Shown here one piece after another: positions 40,098 through 50,000 of a stretch of DNA of 64,000 nucleotides (its first letter is position 1; each line of letters starts with the position of its first letter). The position numbers were made by a program, and so were the translations under genes. This DNA is from an uncultured Acidimicrobiaceae bacterium (GTDB taxonomy: Bacteria > Actinomycetota > Acidimicrobiia > Acidimicrobiales > RAAP-2). The DNA is taken from positions 84,267 through 148,266 of the forward strand of contig CAWDPT010000003.1 in the NCBI GenBank assembly GCA_963804325.1, read 5' to 3'. The notes under the pieces are model-generated. The model made no database searches. It worked only from the letters and a program-made list of their open reading frames with translations, and was not told where the DNA came from.

Positions 40098-40546
40098 CGA
40101 ACCACCTCGAACAGAACGCCCCCGACTTGCACGATGTCACCTCGCTCGAGGTGAACTCGTCCGTCCACGAGTTCCTGGTTCACGTACGTCCCGTTGGTCG
40201 ATCCGAGATCCTCGATCGACAGATCACCGTCATCGTTGGAGAGACGAGCGTGTCGAGACGAGAGGAACGTGTCGGACAGACTCAGGTCGCAGTCGGCGCT
40301 GCGACCGATCGTCACCGCGGAGTCCACGGCGATGCGTTCACCCGTGCGATCCGTCGGCTCGACGAACTTCAAGGAGAGTGTCCCACTGCGACGACGGCGC
40401 GAACGCTTCTCGTAGTTGATTGGTCGCGCCTGTACCGCGGCGACGCGAGTGATCCGCAGGAAGAACAGCACCGCAATGACCATGACGAGCACCTGGAGCG
40501 GCCGAACGATCGCCGCATAATTCGACGTCGCGGCCACAAGACTCAA
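40094..40546 (-). CDS. fhaB: FHA domain protein FhaB/FipA
   Basis: TM plus FHA domain (IGR, SSRHA, DLGSTNGTYVN). Confidence 0.85.
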   Translation of the reverse strand: MSLVAATSNYAAIVRPLQVLVMVIAVLFFLRITRVAAVQARPINYEKRSRRRRSGTLSLKFVEPTDRTGERIAVDSAVTIGRSADCDLSLSDTFLSSRHARLSNDDGDLSIEDLGSTNGTYVNQELVDGRVHLERGDIVQVGGVLFEVVR

Positions 40547-41190
40547 GCGAGCTCAATCCGAAAATGGAACGTGCCGATCGTGACGTCGTCACGCGGAGAC
40601 AGTGAAACGGCGGTGACGCGGTGGCCGTTCACGAAGGTTCCGTTGGTTGACTGGAGGTCGCGGATCGCCACGCCGTCGCTCGTGCGCCACACTTCGGCGT
40701 GCTGGCGCGACACGTTGGAGTCGTTGATGACGACCTCGACGTCGGGACTGCGTCCGATCACCAGTGGACGCTCGCCCACGTTGAAGGACCGACCGTCGTT
40801 CACGATCAATCGGGGCTGGCTCTCGCCGCCGAGGAACTCGGTCTTCACTTCGACATTGCCGGGTTTGATGTCGTCGTCGATGAAGACTTCGACTTTGACG
40901 GGACCCACGAAGCTGAAGCCTTCACTGATGGCGTGCTGACGGACCGTCTCCTCGAGCTCACTCACCAGGGCCTTTTGGAATCCGTCGAAGCGTTGTGCGT
41001 CGACCGGTCCGAGCCAGACGCGGATTTGGTTCGGGGAGATCGGACCTTGGCTGGACAGCCGACGCGTGAGATCAACCTCGCGCACGATGCGCGTGCCGAT
41101 CTCAATCGGCTGCAGCGTGCTCTTGAAAGTACGTGAGAACGTCTTTTCGAAGATCCGCTCGAGGCGATTTTCTACGCTCTTCAGGACCAT
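40543..41190 (-). CDS. fhaA: FhaA (DUF3662 + FHA)
   Basis: ENRLERIFEKTFSRTFKSTLQPIEI plus FHA domain (IGRS, SRQHA, STNGT). Confidence 0.9.
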   Translation of the reverse strand: MVLKSVENRLERIFEKTFSRTFKSTLQPIEIGTRIVREVDLTRRLSSQGPISPNQIRVWLGPVDAQRFDGFQKALVSELEETVRQHAISEGFSFVGPVKVEVFIDDDIKPGNVEVKTEFLGGESQPRLIVNDGRSFNVGERPLVIGRSPDVEVVINDSNVSRQHAEVWRTSDGVAIRDLQSTNGTFVNGHRVTAVSLSPRDDVTIGTFHFRIELA

Positions 41191-41273
41191 ACCGATACCA
41201 ACTGTACCGGCGGCTCCACGCAATCGTCGACGCAAGAGCTCTCAGATGGGTCGAGTAATGTTGCAAGGTCTCG

Positions 41274-41360
41274 GGGCGAGTGGCGAAATTGGCAGACGCG
41301 CAGGCTTCAGGTGCCTGTATTCGAAAGGATGTGGGGGTTCAAGTCCCCCCTCGCCCACCA
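41274..41360 (+). tRNA. tRNA-Leu(CAG)
   Basis: GGGCGAGTGGCGAAATTGGCAGACGCG-CAGGC-TTCAGGT-GCCTG with a long variable arm, GTTCAAGTC and CTCGCCCACCA; canonical position upstream of fhaA. Confidence 0.96.
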
Positions 41361-41844
41361 ACTGAGGTCCTGTTGGACCGACGTTTTTCCGACGACGATT
41401 GCCGTGCCAACTGCCGCTCATCATCCGTTCATCACGGTTGAGTCGTGATGCACCGAGAGCCGTTACCCCTACTTGAGCGCCATTGCAGTGGCGCCATCGA
41501 CGCAGGTACTCGCGCGGGTAACGAGCGCAACGTGTCCGGAGATTTTCGATTCCGTACGGGACCACGTGGCGAACGTGCTCGCTCTGGACTCGCGGAGTAG
41601 TCGCAAGTCGACACTCGTTGGTCCTGGGCACGTTGAATCGATCATGGGACCCCACTGAGCTGCGCGAGTCGATGCTCGATGGCCTCACTTTTCTGTGTCG
41701 GGTCGTCCACGTGCCCGTTCTGTCAAAGCGCCAACTCTGGGCGGTCACGTTCATGCGTCGCGCTGCGTAACAGGATTGACATCACAAAATCTAAACAACC
41801 GCCAAGGACCCCGCATAACTTCAAATCAAGGGCGAGGAGATTAG

Positions 41845-42273
41845 ATGAATCGCGTTCGTGCTTTGGGATCTTGGCTCATGACCGGTGTCCTGTCGATGGT
41901 CGTGGTGGCGACGGTGGTCGCGCACTATCAATCTCCTCGTTTCTCGTCGTTGGACACAACCACGAGTTCGCGACCCTCCTCCAGCCTCACGACACAGATT
42001 GATCATTCTTCACGCGTCGCAGTCCCAACGTCCTCCGACGTCAGCCCAATACACGAAGCCTCAAGAGTTGTGCAGGCAGCGCCGTCGACCACGACGACCG
42101 TTGAATCGGACACTTCGAAAGCCACGACGACGACCTCGTCGCCGACCGCTCCATGGACGTCAAGCACAACCACCACGTCCACTCCGTACGGCGGAGGGGG
42201 AAGTGATGATGGTAGCGGCGGCGATGGTGGTGGCGGTGGTGGCGGTGGCGATGGTGGTGGCGGTGACAACTGA
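41845..42273 (+). CDS. Small secreted low-complexity Ser/Thr/Gly-rich protein
   Basis: AGGAG RBS, signal-peptide-like N-terminus, Thr/Ser tracts and a Gly/Asp tail. Confidence 0.55.
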   Translation: MNRVRALGSWLMTGVLSMVVVATVVAHYQSPRFSSLDTTTSSRPSSSLTTQIDHSSRVAVPTSSDVSPIHEASRVVQAAPSTTTTVESDTSKATTTTSSPTAPWTSSTTTTSTPYGGGGSDDGSGGDGGGGGGGGDGGGGDN

Positions 42274-42300
42274 TTCGCTCGCGAACGACGCTGAACTCAA

Positions 42301-43228
42301 TCAACCGATCGCTTTGCGAAGAGCAAGAACCGCCTCTGACATCGCCTGATCGGCGGCGTCAACGGTGCCACTCATCCCGAAGAAGGCGTGGATCATTCCG
42401 TCGTAACGAGTTGACGTGGCCGAGACGCCTGCTTCGATGAGTCGCGTGGCGTACGCCTCGCCTTCGTCGCGAAGAGGATCGAACTCCGCCGTGATGATGA
42501 GAGCCGGAGGAAGCCCCTTCAGATCTTCGACCAGTAATGGTGACAGATCAGGGTCTCTCGGATCGGCCCCGGCAAGGTAGTGACCGTAGAACCATTGCAT
42601 GAGTTCGCCAGTGAGCAGATAGCCTTCGCCGTTCTCCACCTGCGAAGGCTGCGAGCACGTCACGTCCGTGCACGGATAGATCAAGAGCTGGAACGAGATC
42701 GACGGTCCTTCCGAGTCACGAGCACGGCGTGCAACCACGCGCGGCCAGATTCCCACCCGCACTGTCGCCGACGACGGCGAGTCTCGAGCCGATCGCGCCG
42801 AACTGCTCAGCGTGGTCGCTGACCCAACGAACCGCGGCCTCGCAGTCATCGACCGCCGCAGGAAAGGGGGCCTCGGGTGCGAGTCGATAGTCAACGCTGA
42901 CGACCACAGCTGGCACGCCGACAGAGAGACCGTGACACACTCCGTCATGGGTCGCGATGTTGCCGCCCACGAATCCACCGCCGTGGAAGTAGACGATCGC
43001 CGGCAATAACTGACGGCTCTCCGGTCGGTAGACCCGGACGGGAATCTCTCCACCCGGTCCCGGTATCACGAGATCCTCGGTCCGGGCTGCGTTGGCGACC
43101 GGCCCTTTGATCGACGCCAGTCCGATCAACACGTCGCGGAACTGTTCGGGTGTCTCCTCGGAGATCTCGCGTTGCGGTAGCGTCGCCATCACGTCGAGAA
43201 TCATCTGCACCTGTGGATCGACCGCCAT
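42301..43228 (-). CDS. HSL-family esterase/lipase (frameshift near 42740)
   Basis: HGGGF and GDSAGG in one frame; DPLRDEGEAY and HAFF in another. Confidence 0.85.
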
Positions 43229-43394
43229 TGCGTCCCACCATTTCTCTTGCGTGAACGCCCAGTCGATCACGGTTTCCTGAACATAACGCAAAGTGCTACG
43301 GAGCCGTGATCCTCGACGAATCCGAAAGGACCCTCTAGAAGCGTCAAGTCCTTCCTCGCGCACCGGAGCGTGGCTCGTCAGCCACTCCAATCCT

Positions 43395-44807
43395 CTAGCC
43401 GACGAGCAACTCTTCAAGTTCTGCACGGCTCGGTGCCGGCGCCTCGTACAAGGGGTGCGCCAACGCGACCTCGAGGACGCGCTCGAAGGCGCCGGCGCGG
43501 GCCACGACCTGTTCGGGTAACGCCAGACACCCGCCGATCTCTTGGCCCCACGCGAAGACCTGGCGGTCGTAGTGGGACGCAGAGTTGAAGGCGCGGGCTC
43601 CCGCGACCGAAGGGTCGTTGACATCAGACGGGTCAGGCAGGCCCTGACGCAGTGCTTCGATCTCGGGACCCCGCACGGCGTCGAAGGAGACCGTCGACGC
43701 GTGCCACGGCGCTGCGACGGTCCGCGTCACCTCGTCCCAGCGTTGGAACAGCTCCTGTGGCTGATCGACGACATCGACCGCCGCGTCGGCGAACGCCACG
43801 GCGTGCATCACCGCGAGACTGATGCCGCGTCCGAGCGACGGGTTGGTGAATCCCCACGCGTCGCCGAGCGGTACCAGTCCGGTGACGCAGGGCCGCCCGT
43901 CGACGACGAACTCTCTGGTGGTATTAGCCGAGCTCACCATTGTGTCCACACCGCCCATCGGGGTACCGTCGGCCCAGTGGGCGTGGTGCGGCAACGAGCG
44001 CAGAACCCGTTCAAAGACCTCGGGGTCGCGGACTTTGCGCATGCTCTTGTCCTTGGAGGAGTGGTAGATCGTCACGCTCCAGTAACCGTCGTCGCCGGGC
44101 AGGGTGAGGACCGTGATCGACCCGAGGGGGCTGAGCACGTCTTCGAGATACTCCGGCAGTGTGTCGCCGCGGTAGTAGCGGCTGTTGTACGCGAAACCGA
44201 GGTCGACGGAGTGTTCCTCGGGTCGGGTGCCTCCCACGGCCTCGATCAGCGCGGGCACCGGCGTTCGACGCCCGCCGGCGTCGATGACGACGTCGCCCGC
44301 GACGACCTCACCGGACTCGGTACGAACCCCCGTGACGTGGGGCACACCGGCGATCACTTCGGTGCCGGTGACGAGCCCGGTCACGGCGGTGTTGTTTCGG
44401 ATCTCGACGCCGGGCGTCGAGCGCGCGGCGCTCGTGAATCCGAACTCCAGCAACGGGCGCCGACAGGTGGTCCGCGTCTCGAACGGCGCGAGGTCCGTAT
44501 CGCCCGGCAACTCGAGGTGGCGCGCACGCAGTTCGGCGAGGTTGAGCCGCGGTAGACCGGCTGCGACCATCGCATCGATCACGCCCGGTAGGCGCGCCTC
44601 GAGCAAGGTTCGTCCGCCGGGCTGGAGTACATGAACCTGGTGAAACTGGGCGACGCTACGCCGCTCCCAACTCTCCCACGCGTCCGACGCCTCCGCGGGA
44701 GCCGGATCGTCACGGTCAAGGACGACGACTTGCATTCCCGCACCCGCGAGGAGCATCGCCGTCGTCAGTCCCGTGGGACCCGCTCCGATCACGACCGCTC
44801 GCGCCAA
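43395..44807 (-). CDS. FAD-dependent oxidoreductase
   Basis: VVIGAGPTG, IDAGGR and GDAWGFTNPSLGRG. Confidence 0.88.
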   Translation of the reverse strand: MARAVVIGAGPTGLTTAMLLAGAGMQVVVLDRDDPAPAEASDAWESWERRSVAQFHQVHVLQPGGRTLLEARLPGVIDAMVAAGLPRLNLAELRARHLELPGDTDLAPFETRTTCRRPLLEFGFTSAARSTPGVEIRNNTAVTGLVTGTEVIAGVPHVTGVRTESGEVVAGDVVIDAGGRRTPVPALIEAVGGTRPEEHSVDLGFAYNSRYYRGDTLPEYLEDVLSPLGSITVLTLPGDDGYWSVTIYHSSKDKSMRKVRDPEVFERVLRSLPHHAHWADGTPMGGVDTMVSSANTTREFVVDGRPCVTGLVPLGDAWGFTNPSLGRGISLAVMHAVAFADAAVDVVDQPQELFQRWDEVTRTVAAPWHASTVSFDAVRGPEIEALRQGLPDPSDVNDPSVAGARAFNSASHYDRQVFAWGQEIGGCLALPEQVVARAGAFERVLEVALAHPLYEAPAPSRAELEELLVG

Positions 44808-44864
44808 TTCGACCTCCCTTTAGCGCCAGGACGATAGCAGCGAACTCACGCGCGAGTCAGAGCC

Positions 44865-45677
44865 TTAGTTGGGTAGGAAATCGAGCAGCAACTCGTTGAC
44901 CGCGTCGGGCGCCTCGAGCTGCATCCAGTGACCGGGTCCCTCCAGACGCTCATAGCGCCACGGGCCAGTGACCAGCGAGGCCGAGCGCGTCATCTGTCCC
45001 TCGGTCAATGCGATGTCGCCCGTGCTCCACACACCCATCGTCGGGGCCGCTACGGGCGGCAACTCGAGTCGCGGAGCGACGTAGGACTCGGGCGACAGAT
45101 TGGCGCGGTAGTAGTTGAGGGCCGGGGTGAGTGAGCCGTTCTCGTTGAGCGCCGCGATGACCGTGTCGGCCTCGGGGTGGCGCGACCACCGACGGAAGTT
45201 GTCCCAGTCGTCGTCGGACAGCCACTGCTCGGCCACACCCGCGAACTGGAACAACAGCATGTACCAGGACTTTTCGAGCTGCTCGAACCCCTCGCCGCGG
45301 AATGTCGTCGGGTGGCCCACAGAGAGTACTGCGAGGTGGTCCACCCGATCGGGCAAGAACGACGCCAGCACCCACGACAGCGCGGCCCCCCAGTCGTGGC
45401 CCACGACGTGAGCTCGCTCGACCTCGGCGTCATCGAGCACCGCGATGACGTCGCCGGCGAGATTGAGCAAGTTGTAGGCGTCGACGTCGGTGGGCTTATC
45501 GGAGAGTCCGAAGCCGCGCAGATCCGGGGTGATCGCCCGGTAGCCAGCCTTGTTGAGAGCTGCAACCTGGTGACGCCACAGGTTCCCCGTGTCAGGGAAT
45601 CCGTGCAAGAGAAGCACCGGTGGACCCTCGCCCGAAACCTCGTAGTTGATCTCGATACCTTCGTTCGACGCGCGCAT
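44865..45677 (-). CDS. Alpha/beta hydrolase (epoxide hydrolase-like)
   Basis: LLHGFPD, GHDWG and GHWMQLE. Confidence 0.9.
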   Translation of the reverse strand: MRASNEGIEINYEVSGEGPPVLLLHGFPDTGNLWRHQVAALNKAGYRAITPDLRGFGLSDKPTDVDAYNLLNLAGDVIAVLDDAEVERAHVVGHDWGAALSWVLASFLPDRVDHLAVLSVGHPTTFRGEGFEQLEKSWYMLLFQFAGVAEQWLSDDDWDNFRRWSRHPEADTVIAALNENGSLTPALNYYRANLSPESYVAPRLELPPVAAPTMGVWSTGDIALTEGQMTRSASLVTGPWRYERLEGPGHWMQLEAPDAVNELLLDFLPN

Positions 45678-45896
45678 CACAACCCCCTCCACGCCGCGGG
45701 CCTGTCGCGACTCGCCTCATACTAACGAGCGGCGCTCTCAGTGGAAGGAGTGGCGCAGGCGACAGAAGTCGGGCGAGGGCTGTCGATTCGTGACTCGCTG
45801 ACACGGGCAAGTTCGATCGAACTGCGACGTATGGACCAACGAAAACCTCAATACGTCCCTCGCTAGTCGCGTTCGACAGACGCGGCGAACGCTATC

Positions 45897-46943
45897 TCAC
45901 GCACTGACATGAGTAGTCACAAACTCAAATGACGGTCCCGCAGTGGTGATACCGTCACCGCTCGGCATCGCCAACAACTCGGTGGCGATCGACTGGAGTT
46001 GAAACATCATCGAAATCGCCGGCGACAGGCGTGCCGTTTCACCGTTGAACGTCCGATGCAGTGTCGCGAGCATCTCACAGTACTTGGTGTTGAACTCAAC
46101 CATCTTGGACCGAATGGGACTGCCTTTCGGATAGTCGTCGATCTTGGGGTTCGGCCGCATCGGATAGACCGCGTTCCAGTCTACTACGAAGGCCTCGCCG
46201 CTCGGTCCCGATCGTGGCGAATCGCCACGGACGTAGGAGCGGCCCTGCATTATCTCGCTGAAGCGGAAGTAGTGCGCGACCTCCTCACGTTCCGGGTGAA
46301 ACATGTCGCGGTCGCCGTCCCACACCTGACGATGCTTTAACCCCTCGCCCTGCTCCTCGATCTCATCGATCGCCTCGAGGGCCGTCTTCAGATCGTGCAC
46401 GGCGACCACCCGACGGTCCCCGACGAATCCGAGCATCTCGGGGGTGATCTGGCGATCGCGGTCGCCAGTGAATACGGCGTCCTCACCCAGTGTCGCGCAG
46501 AGCATCTTGAGACCCTCTTCGATCGCGCGATAGAACTGCCCGATCGTCTCGAAGTTGTCGGCCTCGGAGATGGCGTGACGCTCGCCCGGACGCTCGACCC
46601 TCATGAAGGTCTCGATCGTCGCGGGGGTGAAGGGCGCCAGCGGCACGACGAAGGAGTTGTCGCTGTGAGGCAGCGCAGAGGGATATATCGGAACGAAGCC
46701 CGGCTCGTTGAGTGTCGGTCTACCGCCGATGGCGTTCAAGACGTTGGCCGCAAGCGCCAGGTGCAACATCTCCTCGATGAAGACGGAACGAATGACCTCG
46801 ACACTTTCGAGATTCGTCCCGGCGTGAATTGAAAAGAGAGCGCAGAGATACGGCGGGAGGGTGGAGTGTTCGAGTTCGAGCGCACCTTGGACATGCTCGC
46901 GCAGGCTTTCGATTGTCGTGATACGAGAGGTACTGGTTTCCAA
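45897..46943 (-). CDS. Ferritin-like domain protein (VioB/RebD C-terminal-like)
   Basis: ELEHSTLPPYLCALFSI, EEMLHLALAANVLNAIGG, IEEQGEG and AHYFRF. Confidence 0.85.
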   Translation of the reverse strand: METSTSRITTIESLREHVQGALELEHSTLPPYLCALFSIHAGTNLESVEVIRSVFIEEMLHLALAANVLNAIGGRPTLNEPGFVPIYPSALPHSDNSFVVPLAPFTPATIETFMRVERPGERHAISEADNFETIGQFYRAIEEGLKMLCATLGEDAVFTGDRDRQITPEMLGFVGDRRVVAVHDLKTALEAIDEIEEQGEGLKHRQVWDGDRDMFHPEREEVAHYFRFSEIMQGRSYVRGDSPRSGPSGEAFVVDWNAVYPMRPNPKIDDYPKGSPIRSKMVEFNTKYCEMLATLHRTFNGETARLSPAISMMFQLQSIATELLAMPSGDGITTAGPSFEFVTTHVSA

Positions 46944-47053
46944 AGCGATCCTCGCGCCCTAAGAGGAATACGAACCCAACAGGGCGGAGCATACCGAAAC
47001 GTGTCGACGCTCGCATGGGCGGTGCACGGCGTCCAATGAACCGCTCTCGCTGC

Positions 47054-50000
47054 TTACGTTGCGAGGACTGCCTTGTTGTCCGCGCCGTTAGTGACCGATT
47101 TCATTGTCACGTGCACTCTCACCAAGGTCGCCAAATACCGAGCCACGGACGCTGCGCGACTCGACGCCAAGGCGCGGTCGCCCTTCGCGTAGCCGGTAGA
47201 GACGACGGCATCGCCGGCCCTCAGCGATTTCGCGAAGTTCGCGATCGCGGCCATCGAAACCGTGTTGAGCGAACTGACACGTGAAGCAAAGTTGATAGTG
47301 AGCGTGAGATCAAAATGAATCGCGACAGGTTTCGAAGTGACCTTGGGAGTCGAGCCCCTCGCCTTTCGGGTCGCCGTGACGACGCACGTTCCTGCACTCT
47401 TGGCACTGAGCGCGTCACCCTTGATCGCGCAGCCCGTCGCCGAACCGTTCTTCACGTGAAAGCTCAGGGCGCCCCCATTGGGATCGCCTCTCGTTTTGAG
47501 TTTGAGCCACGACCCCACGCGCCCCGTCGATGAATCGACGGACAAGACCGGCGTGGGAATGGTCGTCGTCGTGGCAGGGACCGTCGTGGTCGTGGTCGTC
47601 GTCGTGGTCGTGGTCGTCGTCGTCGTGGTGGTGGGGGTCGGCGGCGGCTGGTACGGAGGCGGTTGGACCGGTGTGTACCCGGTGCCCGTGATGGTGACGG
47701 TCTGAAGGCCGTTGCCGTCGTTGCCTTGGAGAAGCCACGTCGCTGAGACCAACCCGTCGCCCGTGGGTTCGAACTGCACCGTCTCTTGAATGGAGGTATC
47801 GGGAGCGATGGTATTGGCAGGGCTGGTGTTGGCGAGCTGTGTGAACGGATTCGTCAGTGCACTGAAACCGTTCAAGGTCGGTGGTGTCGATTCGGTGATC
47901 AAGAGAGGAAACCCACCTTGATTTCCGAGGTCGAAGTTGAGCGTTGCGCTCGATCCGACGGCGACGTCACCGAAGTTGAGCACGTCAGGTGCCGTGCTGA
48001 TCTGGGCCGGTGGATCGGCCGATCCCGAGATGGCGACGCCGAAATTGCTCATCGGTCCCAAGGAGGTGTCGAGTGTCACGACGCTATTGAATTGGTGGAC
48101 AAAATCGCCGGACGAACCCGGCGGGGTGAATTGAACGGTGAAGGTGAGCTTCCCGCCGGCGGCAACCGTTTGATTGGCGGGTGGATTGGTCACGGTGAAC
48201 GGCAACGTCGGCAAGGTGAAACCTGTCACGTTGATGGCGCTCGTCGAGACGTTGGTAAAGGTGACGTTCATCGTGACGGGGGTGCCTCCGATCGGCACCG
48301 GCGCGAAGTTGACCGAGGTCGGCGAGATGGTGAATGAGGCGGTCGCCGTTTCACCCTGACCGCTCAAGTTGAGCTCCGAGGTGGCTCCGGTGTCGTTCGC
48401 CGTGAGTGTTCCGGGATTCGCCCCCAATGCAGTGGGGGTGAACGTGACAGGAACGGAAATTGACTCTCCGCTCGTGAGCGACGCCGGGAGCGTCATGCTC
48501 GGGGTCCCCATCGTGTAGGCGGAACCGGACTCGGTGAATGAGGAAACCGTCGTCGGCGAGGTGGCCGTGAACGTGGCGTTCTGGGTTACGGACTGCGAGA
48601 CCGTCGTCGCTGGGAAACTGACGTCGGTGCCGCTCAGCGCCGGGGTCGGCGAGGCCAGTGCGCCGAAACCCATCAACGTGGAATCCTTCGTCCCGACGTA
48701 GACGATGCCGTTGTCCACCCCCGGTTCGGAGAACACCGTTGACCCGAATGGAGCAGAACTCCAGACCTCTTCCAGCGAATTATTGACGGGGACCGGATTG
48801 AAGGCCTCTAACTGGGAGTCCAGCCCATTCGGCCCGGTGGCGTGGATGATCCATACCAACGCCGAACCGGACGTCGTGCCATTGGAGGTGACGATAGGGG
48901 TGCCCGATCCATACCCGAAGGTGTTTCCGGTGTTGGCGGTCGCTCCGGCGAGTTGGAATGACACGTTGTTGTTGGTCACCGTGCGCTGGAACACGTCAAG
49001 GGATCCGCCGTTGGTCTGGAATCCCACCGTTCCCGCTGTGGGAGCGTAGACGTAGCCACCATCGCCCGGCCACACCGCGGGCTTCGACCACACTCCCCCC
49101 GAGGCCTGCACTTCGCTAAGCACATCGTCGCCTTGGCTTGGGCCCTGCTCGTAACCACCGAGGCTGTTCTGGTCAAGGACGTACATGATGCCCTCCTTGC
49201 CGACTTCGAGCATCACGTTGGGATCCGTCGAGGTTCCCATGCTGGTTGGCAACGCGACCGGACCGCCGGAACCGAGGTCGCCGTCTTGGTTGTTGAGGGT
49301 CGTTGCGTCGGCCGGAATGAAGAAATCGATCGGTTGGATGATGCCACCGGTCGTACTGAGTTCGACGACCGCCTCGGCATAGTTATCGGCCGTGGCGTCG
49401 TTTCCCGGCTCGGGGCCGCTCGGATCGTCACCGTTGCCCGTCGAGACGAAGATGTCGCCGTTGCCGTCAACGACCGGGGGCGAGCCCGATTGCCAGATGC
49501 CGGCGCCCGGTTCGCCGGAACAGACCGCGGAACCGCACTCTTCAGTGGACCACATAGAGGTTATGCCCGGAGTCGACGTCGTTACGCTGACGCCAACCAG
49601 CCATCCTTCCCAATTGCCGAAGTCACACTGGGAGCCGAACGCCGCGTAGACGACGCCATGGATGAGAACGAGACCGGGGCGCTGCGTCTGAAAGTTGCCG
49701 TTGAAGACGGTGCCGGAGTTGTTATCGGCGTGGCCGACGATCGGCACCCCGCCCGCCGGCCAATTCGACGGCGACACACCGGTTTGGACGTTGACGGCCT
49801 CCATGAACCACTGTGTCGCGCCACCCACACCGGAGTCCTTTGCGGCGACGAAATAAGCGGTGTCAGTCGAAGAGTCGATGACGGGAGTACCCGTAATGCC
49901 TAGGTTCGAGCCAATGTCGGCACAGCCGATCGATGCAAGAGGGTCCGCTTGAGGACCGAAGTTGTCCGTCCAGGTGATTGCCCCCGTCGTCGAGTTCAGT

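Noticed and set aside
47560-47640. Tandem triplet repeats as a CRISPR array or contingency locus (also 42205-42268)
   Set aside because: They are mixed-codon poly-Thr and poly-Gly coding linkers with no repeat-spacer structure and no cas genes.
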